From NCBI GenBank assembly GCA_963787465.1, contig CAWBDD010000009.1, positions 14,358-78,357 on the forward strand: a DNA stretch of 64,000 bases, read 5' to 3'. Positions 27,935 to 36,293 of this stretch are shown one piece after another. Every line of letters starts with the position of its first letter. The first letter of the stretch is position 1. A program made the translations under genes and the position numbers. The notes below the pieces were generated by a model. The model was not told the origin of the DNA, searched no databases, and saw only the letters and a list, made by a program, of their open reading frames with translations. Source of the stretch: an uncultured Thermoplasmata archaeon (GTDB lineage Archaea; Thermoplasmatota; Thermoplasmata; UBA10834).

Positions 27935-30553
27935 TCACTTGTACAAGAGCACCGTCAGCCCGGCGACGGCGACGGATTCCAGCTCGCCCCGCTCCGAACT
28001 CATCTTCCTCTCGAGCTCGTAGAACTCCGGCTTCAGCTCGATGGTCCTGCCGTCGCCCATGTCCAACACGATCCCGTTTTCAAGACCGACCAGCTTCTCA
28101 GCCGGCAGCCCGGAGAGCCTCTCGGCGATGACCTTCGCGTCCCTCTTGAACGCCGGGCCCAGCTTGGAGTGCACGGGCTTCACGCGGGAGACCGTCTCCT
28201 TCATGTCGACCCTGTCCATGAGCCCGAGCTCCGTGGCCCTCACCGTGGCCTTGATGTCATCCTCGGATCCGGCCATCAGTCCGACCGCGTTGACGCCTAC
28301 GACCTCGATCCTCGTGACAGGGGCGTTCAGGGACATGCCCTTCCCGGCCTTCCACGTGCGCACGGCTGCGACCAGTCCCTTGACCGCCTCGCCCTTCGCC
28401 TCCGCCGGATCGTCCGCGGGCGGCGCCTCGGGCCATGACGACACGTGTATGCTTACGGCCTCCTCGAACGCCCTGAAGTTGGTCTGGTACGCATCCTCCG
28501 CCATGTGCGGCAGGATGACGGAGATCATCTTCAGCAGCCCCAGGCCGACAGTGTAGAGGATGTAGCGCGCCCCCTTGTCGTCCTCGACGTACGCCCTGTG
28601 CTTGACCAGCTCGATGTAGTGGTCCGCGAACTCGTGCCACAGGAAATCCTCGATTAGAGAGGCGGCCTTGTCGAACTGGTACTCCTCGCAGCGGGCCCCG
28701 ACATCGCGCACCAGCCTGCCGTACTTGCTCAGTATCCAGGCGTCGACGGGCATGAGGGTGGGCGGTGCCGCAGGCCTCTCCTTGCACGCGCTCCCGACCA
28801 TGCGCATCACGTTCCACGCCTTGGTCGCGAGCCTGTTCCCGCGCACCAGCTCCGGCTCCTTGAACGCGTGGTCCATGCCGAGCGCGCAGGTCGCCGCGTA
28901 GTAGCGCATCGCGTCCCCGCCGTACTTCTCCAGCAGCGGCATGGGGTCGATCACGTTGCCGTCGGAGGTGTGCATCGGGCGCCCGTCCGGCGCCATGATG
29001 AAGCCGTGTATCATGACCTCGTCCCAGGGCTTCTTCCCGGTGAGGTGCATCTCCCTGAGGATCGTGTAGAAGGCCCATGTGCGTATGATGTCGTGGCTCT
29101 GGGCCCTCATCGTCATGGGGTAGAGCTTCGCGAACATGGCCTCGTCCCTGAGCCAGAACGAGTTGTACAGGGGGGATATGCTCGAATCCATCCAGGTGTC
29201 GAACACGTCCTTGCATCCGACGTACTTCCCGCCGCAGGAGCAGGCCCCCTTCGATGGCGACTTCACGAGCGGGTCGACGTAGCAGTCGGACTCCTCCGGG
29301 AGCAGCACGTCGCCGCACCTGTCGCACTCCCAGAGCGGGATGGCGGTCGCGAAGTACCTCTGCCTCGAGACGACCCAGTCCCATGCGAGGGAGTTGATCC
29401 AGTCCTTGATCCTGACCTTCATGAACTCCGGCTTCCAGACGATCTCGTCGACCATCTTGAGGACCTGGTCCTTGTAGTCGACGGTCCGGATGAACCACTG
29501 GGGGACCTTGAGGAACTCTATCGGCGTGTGGCACCTCCAGCAGGTCCCGACGTTCTGCTCCAGGGGCTCCTGCTTGACGAGCAGCCCCGCGGTCCTCATC
29601 TGGTCGATGATGGCCTCGCGTGCCTCCTTGATGGGCATCCCAGCGTACTCGCCGGCGACGGAGGTCATCATCCCGGCCTCGTCTATCCCCTTCTCGAGCG
29701 GGAGGTCGTACTTCATGATCCACTCGAGGTCGTCCTTGTCACCGATGGAGCAGATCATGACCGTGCCCGTCCCGAACGCTGGATCGACCTTGGGGTCGGC
29801 TATGACCTTGACGCGCTTCTCGAACACGGGCGTGACGAGCTCCTTGCCAACGAGGTCCGCCTTCGACTTGTCGTCCGGGTGGACGGCGACCATGAGGCAG
29901 GTGCAGAGCAGCTCCGGCCTCGTCGTCGCCACGAGCACCTCCTTCCCCGTGTCCGCGTCCCTGAACTTGATGAAGTTGAGCTTCGTGTGCCTCTGCTCGT
30001 AGTCGACCTCCGCGTCCGCGAGCGCCGTGCCGCAGCGCGTGCACCAGTTGACCGGGAAGTGCCCCTTGTACACGAGGCCTTTCTTGAACATGCGTATGAA
30101 CGATATCTGGGTGAGCCGCCGGTAGTACTCGGCGTCCGTCTGGTAGTAGATGGACGGGTCCATGCTGTGCCCGAGTATCTCGAACTGCCGGGTCATCTCC
30201 CCTATGTGCTTGTTCGCGAACTCGCTGCACATCTTGACGAACTCGGCCCTCGGGACCTCCGAGGCCTTGATCCCCTTCAGCTTCTCGACCCTGACCTCGA
30301 CGGGCGTCCCGTTCACGTCGAAGCAGAGGGGGAAGAAGATGTTGAACCCCTTGAGCCGCTTGTACCTGGCCGCGAAGTCGATCACGGTGTAGCCGTAGGC
30401 GTGACCCAGGTGGATTGCGCCGGACGCGTACCTGGGCGGGTTGTCTATGCTGAACACGGGCTTGGACGAATCCTTGTCGAAGGTGTGGACTCCCCACTCC
30501 TTCCACTTGGCCTGCCACTTCGGCTCCGCCTCCCGCCATTCGTACTGGGCCAT
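27935..30553 (-). CDS. valS: Valyl-tRNA synthetase (archaeal type)
   Basis: DNPPRYASGAIHLGH, WVVSRQRYF, FDTWMDSS, HDIIRTW. The KMSKS position reads PMHTS. Confidence 0.95.
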   Translation of the reverse strand: MAQYEWREAEPKWQAKWKEWGVHTFDKDSSKPVFSIDNPPRYASGAIHLGHAYGYTVIDFAARYKRLKGFNIFFPLCFDVNGTPVEVRVEKLKGIKASEVPRAEFVKMCSEFANKHIGEMTRQFEILGHSMDPSIYYQTDAEYYRRLTQISFIRMFKKGLVYKGHFPVNWCTRCGTALADAEVDYEQRHTKLNFIKFRDADTGKEVLVATTRPELLCTCLMVAVHPDDKSKADLVGKELVTPVFEKRVKVIADPKVDPAFGTGTVMICSIGDKDDLEWIMKYDLPLEKGIDEAGMMTSVAGEYAGMPIKEAREAIIDQMRTAGLLVKQEPLEQNVGTCWRCHTPIEFLKVPQWFIRTVDYKDQVLKMVDEIVWKPEFMKVRIKDWINSLAWDWVVSRQRYFATAIPLWECDRCGDVLLPEESDCYVDPLVKSPSKGACSCGGKYVGCKDVFDTWMDSSISPLYNSFWLRDEAMFAKLYPMTMRAQSHDIIRTWAFYTILREMHLTGKKPWDEVMIHGFIMAPDGRPMHTSDGNVIDPMPLLEKYGGDAMRYYAATCALGMDHAFKEPELVRGNRLATKAWNVMRMVGSACKERPAAPPTLMPVDAWILSKYGRLVRDVGARCEEYQFDKAASLIEDFLWHEFADHYIELVKHRAYVEDDKGARYILYTVGLGLLKMISVILPHMAEDAYQTNFRAFEEAVSIHVSSWPEAPPADDPAEAKGEAVKGLVAAVRTWKAGKGMSLNAPVTRIEVVGVNAVGLMAGSEDDIKATVRATELGLMDRVDMKETVSRVKPVHSKLGPAFKRDAKVIAERLSGLPAEKLVGLENGIVLDMGDGRTIELKPEFYELERKMSSERGELESVAVAGLTVLLYK

Positions 30554-30649
30554 GGTCCTTCAGCATGCGAAAAGTGTGTCTGTAGATAAAGGTTGTTGAG
30601 GCGTCTGGCATGGTCCAGCTTAACTTTTAAGTAGCCAGTAGGACTACGT

Positions 30650-30994
30650 ATGGACAGCGGAGAGGTATTGTTGGTCGCGTACAGCAGGGGTTACAGGGGC
30701 AAGCGGAGGGCCGAGCCGAGGGCGCGGAACCCCCGAGACAGCGAGAGGACCGTGATGCTGAACAGGAACAGGCTGACCTCGTTCAGGTACGACTTCAAGC
30801 AGATCATGGCGTTTCACAAGGTCGACGCGTCCCAGGCAACCTCGATCATCGCGAGCGTGACGGCCAAGGCCTCGAACATATCCATCCAGGCAGCGGTCGA
30901 CTACGTCCAGGAGCAGGAGAAGGAGGGCATCGTCCCGAAGGGCGCCGCGGACGACATAATCGACCTGCTGGACAGGTCCTCGAAGCTCAGATGA
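30650..30994 (+). CDS. Hypothetical helical protein
   Basis: Clean ORF with host-like codon use; the true start may be ATG 30755. Confidence 0.6.
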   Translation: MDSGEVLLVAYSRGYRGKRRAEPRARNPRDSERTVMLNRNRLTSFRYDFKQIMAFHKVDASQATSIIASVTAKASNISIQAAVDYVQEQEKEGIVPKGAADDIIDLLDRSSKLR

Positions 30995-31003
30995 GCGGCG
31001 GGC

Positions 31004-31547
31004 TCACTTCCTGGGCCGGCCTTTCTTGAAGACGTTGGCCATTATCAGGTCCCCGGCCTCGTTCGTCATGGGCCCCTTCCATTCCTTGAGCGTGAAGAGG
31101 CCCTCCGACAGGCAGCGGACCAGGGTCGCCATCTGGTGGATGCAGAAGTACTGCTTCTCCCTGGCGTCGACGCACTCGCATGCGGTGTCGACGTCCCTCG
31201 TCGTCTGGTTCACGAACCTCACGTTGTAGACCTCGTACCCGTCCGACCTGCGCATCGTGAACACGGCGTTCACCATGCTGTCGTCGCTCTCGGGGTCCAT
31301 CTCGATTATCTTCCTGCTCGTGGACCACTTGATGGCCTTGGCCATGTTCTCCGACGAAGTAGATGTCCTCCTGCTGCGCGCAGAATTCCTCGAGCGCGTC
31401 GGGGTCGACGTTCTCGAGGCAGAAGGTCACGAGGTCCTCCTTCAGCAGGTTCGAGCCGCCCGGGACCTCCTGGGCGTCGCACAGGTTCCTGAGGCTCTGG
31501 ACCGTCAGTCTCGAGAGCCTCAACTCCATGGGGAGATCGCTCTGCAT
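31004..31547 (-). CDS. SWIM zinc-finger protein with an N-terminal SAP/HeH-like helical motif; frameshift at ~31351
   Basis: LSRLTVQSLRNLC...LLKEDLV, then CECVDAREKQYFCIH (CxC...CxH). Removing one G from GTCGGAGAAC fuses the two frames. Confidence 0.72.
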
Positions 31548-31624
31548 GTTCCCATCCTTGGGTGGCATAGGATGCGAAAGGTGATTAAGATGACGGTGGG
31601 GATGCGCGCCGGCGCGAGCATCTC

Positions 31625-32179
31625 CTAGGACCAGTGCTCGAACCCGCCCTTGACCCGGCCTCGCCTCGGGCCGTAGCACAGCGTGTCGTTCACGCGGTCG
31701 AAGGCGCCGACAGATGTGAACCTGTGGTGGAGCATGAGATAGTAATAGGTCATGTACCAGATCGCCGCGTCGTCGTACCGGACATCCTTCCTCGGGGCGA
31801 TGACCGCCTTCGCCCCCGTCGCGTCCATGAAGGGCTCGATGAAGTCCCTCCTGGAGAGGCCGCAGGCGGAGAGCGCCACCCTCTTCCCCTCGAAGCAGGA
31901 ATCCGGGAACTCATCTGGCCCGACCCATCCGAAGGGCAGCTCGAAGGCACAATGCTTCGGGTCGCCGTGACCGGAGAGGTGGATGAAGTTGAACCGCTCC
32001 AGGTTCCGCTTCCTGCGCAGATATCTCAGGAACTCGGTCTTGGTCGTGAACACCTTCACCGCGATGTCCTTTGGGTCCGTCATCCGGAGGAACTTGTACA
32101 GGACGTCCCCCTCCTCGTACTCGTCGGACCTCGGTATGCACTCCATGATGAACAGTCTGGGTCTCCTCAGGGCGAACAT
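31625..32179 (-). CDS. Stand-alone CHAT / caspase-HetF-like cysteine protease domain protein
   Basis: Putative catalytic His in FIHLSGHG and Cys in VALSAC; 184 aa. Confidence 0.68.
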   Translation of the reverse strand: MFALRRPRLFIMECIPRSDEYEEGDVLYKFLRMTDPKDIAVKVFTTKTEFLRYLRRKRNLERFNFIHLSGHGDPKHCAFELPFGWVGPDEFPDSCFEGKRVALSACGLSRRDFIEPFMDATGAKAVIAPRKDVRYDDAAIWYMTYYYLMLHHRFTSVGAFDRVNDTLCYGPRRGRVKGGFEHWS

Positions 32180-32342
32180 GAACCGACCTCGCGTGTCTGT
32201 TGAGCGAGGTCATGGACATGTGCTCATATCATCTCATGCACCGTCGATGGGGAGGGCCTCGTCCTCACGAACATGACGTCCAGACCGATGTCGGTCGGAC
32301 GAGAATTCATGTAAGACATGGGCGATTCCGTCCGCAGGAGGG

Positions 32343-33815
32343 GTGACCAGGATGGAAGGGATCAAGCTCAATCCGAACCTGCGGCTCAAGGTCCTGACCG
32401 ATGACCAGGTGGAGACGATCCACGAGGCGTCGCTGAGGATACTGGAGAGGACGGGGGTCCGGTTCGACAGCGAGGACGCCAGGCAGAGGCTGCTGCGCGC
32501 AGGGGCCTCGGACCATCCTTCCAGGAAACGGGTCGTCACGTTCCCCCGGTCGATGGTCGAGGAATCGATAAGGAAGGTGTCGCGCCGCAGAGTCTTCCCC
32601 GCACGGGACGCGAGGTGGGACATCAGGTACGACGGGGAGCACCTCTTCCCCTACGCGGGCGGCGGTGACCCCAAGATCATCGACCTGGACACCGGCGGAT
32701 CCCGCCACTCGACCTACGCGGATGTCGAGATGGCCGCGAGGCTCGGGGACGCGCTGGAGAACAATCACTTCGCATCGAGCCTGGTGGTGGCGAACGACGC
32801 CCCGCCCGGACTCGTCGTCCTGAAGACCATGGAGGCGGCGATGAAGAACTCCGGGAAGGCCGTCACGGGCTACGCCCAGAACGAGGACATGGTAGACGCG
32901 ATGGTCAGGATGTGGGCCTGCGTCTCCGGAGGCGCGGAGGAGCTCAGGAGGAGGCCCATCTTCAGCCTCGGCGGCTCCCCCAGCAGCCCGCTGACATACG
33001 GCGAGCACAGCTGCGACGTGCTCCTGAGAAGCGTCGAACACGGTATCCCCTACACGATCATGCCCTGCCCCATATGCGGCGAGACGGGGCCGGTCTCGTT
33101 GGGTGGCGTCCTCGCGCTGCAGAACGCAGAGCGGTTGGCGGGGGTGATGCTCATCCAAAGCGTCACGACCGAGCTGCCGACGACCTATTGCGGGTATGTC
33201 TGTCTGATGGATCCCAGGACGGGCAGGGACCTGTGGGGGACTCCCGAGGTGGGCCTCGCCTCGGCAGCCCTGGTCCAGCTGGCCCGCAGATACAAGATGG
33301 TCGCCGACACGAACGGCATGTCGTCGGACGTGACCAGATGGGACCTGCAGATGGGCCACGAGCAGACGATGACCGGACTGATGCCCGCGCTCGCCGGGGC
33401 GGACAGCATCTCGGGCATCGGTGCTGGTTGGGACGGGGCGAGCAGCCTGGAGATGATGGTCATCAACAACGAGGTCATGAACGACTTCGCTAGGATCTTC
33501 GGCGGGGTGAGGACCGACGACGACGCGCTCGCCCTGGACCTCATCGACAAGGTCGGGCACATGGGGAGCTTCATAGGGGAGAGGCACACGATGAACGGCC
33601 TGCGGAAGGGCGACATACGGGTCTCGACGCTCTGGGACAAGCGCGGCCTCGAGAAGGCGACGAAGGAAGGGGCAAGGCCCATCCACGAGGTTGCGCGGGA
33701 GCGGGTGAGGAAGCTGCTGAAGGAGCACGTCCCCGAGCCGCTGGACAGGGACGTCGCCGCGGCCGTGGACCGGGTCGTGAAAGAGGAGACGAAGACCGCC
33801 CTCAGGAGGCAGTAG
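32343..33815 (+). CDS. Trimethylamine methyltransferase (MttB) family protein, non-pyrrolysine
   Basis: LTDDQVETIHEASLRILERTG, SPLTY, LALQNAE, DLQMGHEQTMT, ALAGAD; no in-frame TAG. Confidence 0.88.
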   Translation: MTRMEGIKLNPNLRLKVLTDDQVETIHEASLRILERTGVRFDSEDARQRLLRAGASDHPSRKRVVTFPRSMVEESIRKVSRRRVFPARDARWDIRYDGEHLFPYAGGGDPKIIDLDTGGSRHSTYADVEMAARLGDALENNHFASSLVVANDAPPGLVVLKTMEAAMKNSGKAVTGYAQNEDMVDAMVRMWACVSGGAEELRRRPIFSLGGSPSSPLTYGEHSCDVLLRSVEHGIPYTIMPCPICGETGPVSLGGVLALQNAERLAGVMLIQSVTTELPTTYCGYVCLMDPRTGRDLWGTPEVGLASAALVQLARRYKMVADTNGMSSDVTRWDLQMGHEQTMTGLMPALAGADSISGIGAGWDGASSLEMMVINNEVMNDFARIFGGVRTDDDALALDLIDKVGHMGSFIGERHTMNGLRKGDIRVSTLWDKRGLEKATKEGARPIHEVARERVRKLLKEHVPEPLDRDVAAAVDRVVKEETKTALRRQ

Positions 33816-33928
33816 CGCGGGGACGGTCAGATGCGGGACGCCGGTCGCATCCAGCGACGCTATCGGACCGGATAATCGCAAGGAAACAAATATGAGACAG
33901 GATTCCCTCGTAAGGACGGAGTGAGACC

Positions 33929-34318
33929 CTGCGGTGTCCGAAGTGCGGCGCGGAGATTCCCGACGTATCCCGCTTCTGTCTCAGCTGTGGAAACCCGGTC
34001 CCACCCCCGGTGGCCGTCTCCGTCCAGCAGCCCGTGGACCCTGACCCCAACGGATTCGCGATGCTGTTCTTCGGCCTCTCGTTCATGGTGTTCTTCTTCT
34101 CGCTGGTGCCCATCGTCCTCGGGTTCTGGATCGGCGCCGTGGTGATGGCGTGCATCGGCATGGCGCTCGTGGGCATCGGTCTCCACATGATCAGGACGAA
34201 CAAGCGCGCCATCGAGACGGCCAAGCAGGAGGCGCTGGTGAAGATCAAGTGCCGGTACTGCGGGAGCCTGAACGACCAGCACGCACAGAGATGCATCTCC
34301 TGCGGGGCGACCCTCTGA
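33929..34318 (+). CDS. Two-TM membrane protein with N- and C-terminal zinc ribbons
   Basis: The frame of ORF 34010 extends upstream to LRCPKCGAEIPDVSRFCLSCG; C-terminus is CRYCGSLNDQHAQRCISCG. Start is CTG or lies behind an upstream indel. Confidence 0.72.
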   Translation: MRCPKCGAEIPDVSRFCLSCGNPVPPPVAVSVQQPVDPDPNGFAMLFFGLSFMVFFFSLVPIVLGFWIGAVVMACIGMALVGIGLHMIRTNKRAIETAKQEALVKIKCRYCGSLNDQHAQRCISCGATL

Positions 34319-34545
34319 AGTGATCCCGCGATACGGTCTCCAGCAAACGTTATAAGCCGCCAGGCCGATGACGCGGGTGCCGAGCGTCGACCGTTTGGCT
34401 CTGGAGCGGGGTGTCGAGGATGGGACCATCTTATCTCGACCGAGAAGCACACATCGACTAGCGGAGGCTCATGAACCGCAGCCCGCCATCGAGCCAGCCC
34501 TTCGATGCCTGACCAAAACCATTCATTGGACGTAGGAGGAAGTGG

Positions 34546-35355
34546 ATGACGAGGAAGTCCGAGGGAGCATCCGCGAGGGTGCTCCGGGGAAGGCGCTACG
34601 GTGGCGCGGCAGGGACTGTTGCCGTGGTCGCCCTGTGCGCATCGCTTGTGGGAATGGGACTGCTTGCAGTCGCAGAGGACGGCGTCAATCTGGTCGAGGG
34701 GACCGATGCGAACCAGTGGAGGGTGCTGGACAGGTATGTCGTCAACGAGGACTTCGTGGGATGGAGCGGGAATTCCCTGTGGTTCGATGACGATGACTAC
34801 AACCTGGAGTCGTGGCACCACCGCAACCCTGCGGTGCTCCCTGACGGCGGGATATCGTTCCCGTTCAACGACGCGGCGACCAACGAGTACACGACATACC
34901 TGGTGACATACCAGTCGACGGACCTCTCGGGCATGAGGATCGTCGCCCAGATGAGGGTAGTTGACGATGGGGCGACGAGTCTCGCCTTCGAGGCGCGGGA
35001 ATCACCCGATGCGGCGCCGTTCGTCCGGCTGTTCTTCCAGTCGACGACCTCGCAGGGATGGTCCCCCATCGACTACTGGTGGTCGAACGGGGTCGAGTGC
35101 TCTGCCATGCTGGTCGACCTCGTCGGAGACGGGCTGACCATTTCCGTGCCGCTCGACCCAGCATACTGGTCGGATGTGGACGGTCACATGGGGACCTACA
35201 ATGCTGCGCACATCGCAGGATTCGCAGATGCAGTGGCCGACGCGCAGGAGATAGGTCTGTCATTCGGTGGCGGCAGCTGGTTCGCCAACGGAGTGGTGCT
35301 GACCTCCGGAGAGGCGACCTTCGAGCTGCTGAGCTACTGGATCGGTCCGGCTTGA
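34546..35355 (+). CDS. Secreted hypothetical protein (aromatic/Asp-rich, probably beta-sandwich)
   Basis: Basic N-region and hydrophobic signal (VAVVALCASLVGMGLLAVA); coding-like composition. Confidence 0.62.
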   Translation: MTRKSEGASARVLRGRRYGGAAGTVAVVALCASLVGMGLLAVAEDGVNLVEGTDANQWRVLDRYVVNEDFVGWSGNSLWFDDDDYNLESWHHRNPAVLPDGGISFPFNDAATNEYTTYLVTYQSTDLSGMRIVAQMRVVDDGATSLAFEARESPDAAPFVRLFFQSTTSQGWSPIDYWWSNGVECSAMLVDLVGDGLTISVPLDPAYWSDVDGHMGTYNAAHIAGFADAVADAQEIGLSFGGGSWFANGVVLTSGEATFELLSYWIGPA

Positions 35356-35426
35356 AGAAGGAGCCACCCCAGCGTACCAAACCCGACCGCGGGATGGCCT
35401 CCGTGGCCTCCCGCAAGCAACATTTC

Positions 35427-36212
35427 TCAGCTCGGCCAGTTGGTCCCCCCGAACACCAGCCACGCCAGCGCCGTCTTCGCCGTCAGGCTCAGCACGATGT
35501 ACACCTTCTCTCCGTACAGGTAGTCCGCCCACTTTCCCTTCCGACGGTACTGCATGACCATGTTGATGGCGAACACGTTGAAGAACGCGGCCAGCATGAA
35601 GTATATCGCGTACACGAAGGTCGGGACGTTGTCCGACTGGTCGAGGATGGCCGCGAAGAAGTAGACGCCGATCACGAGCCACGGTATGAAACCGGCGAAG
35701 CAGCCGATGACGAACGCGGTCCAGTCCGTCCTCTTCGTGGTCTGGTTGTGGACCTCCATCATGAGTCCCATCATGTTCATGGTCGCGTTCAGGGCGAACA
35801 GCAGGATGAGGCTGGACAGCTCGAAGATTCCGCAGAGCATTGCGATGACTATGATCATGATCGACGAGCTGACCGCGTACTCGAACCAGCGGGCGTAGTT
35901 GATCCCCTTCTGGAGGTTCTTGACGTACCAAGGGTAGCCCCAGGGAGAGGCCACGGAGAAGTGCGCGACAGCCGACGCCAGCAGGAACAGGGAAACCATC
36001 AGCCCGAGGGGGAGGCTGAAGAGCACGTTCTCATAGGCCGTGGATATCGGCGGAGTCCCCCCCGGCGTGTACCTCAGGAAGCTACCGTACACGTCGAATG
36101 TCGATCCAGAGAGCAACGACAGCATCAGGACGAACTGCGCTAGGTGCAGCACGCCCATCACCATGTTGAACTTCCTCAGGCCCACGAACTTCGGTTCCTT
36201 AGTGGCATCCAC
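35427..36212 (-). CDS. Heliorhodopsin
   Basis: Basic N-terminus with LRKFN, GVLHLAQ, AVAHF, RWFEYAVSS (counter-ion Glu), GLMMEVHN, and SLTAK (retinal Lys). GGAGGAG RBS before GTG 36212. Confidence 0.93.
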   Translation of the reverse strand: MDATKEPKFVGLRKFNMVMGVLHLAQFVLMLSLLSGSTFDVYGSFLRYTPGGTPPISTAYENVLFSLPLGLMVSLFLLASAVAHFSVASPWGYPWYVKNLQKGINYARWFEYAVSSSIMIIVIAMLCGIFELSSLILLFALNATMNMMGLMMEVHNQTTKRTDWTAFVIGCFAGFIPWLVIGVYFFAAILDQSDNVPTFVYAIYFMLAAFFNVFAINMVMQYRRKGKWADYLYGEKVYIVLSLTAKTALAWLVFGGTNWPS

Positions 36213-36293
36213 CAAAAGACTCCTCCTCCAGCCTGATGGACGGGGCTGGCGGGATATGATAGTTTCTCCGAAGACGAGCAATGGCGAGGTCGG

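Noticed and set aside
27850-27935. Imperfect ~60-bp-spaced repeat (GTCCCT...ACCCATG) between valS and DUF59
   Set aside because: Only two short degenerate copies, no convincing fold or C/D or ACA boxes; compatible with chance.
32343-33815. Pyrrolysine read-through or evidence of methanogenesis
   Set aside because: No in-frame amber codon, and no pyl or mcr genes in the window.
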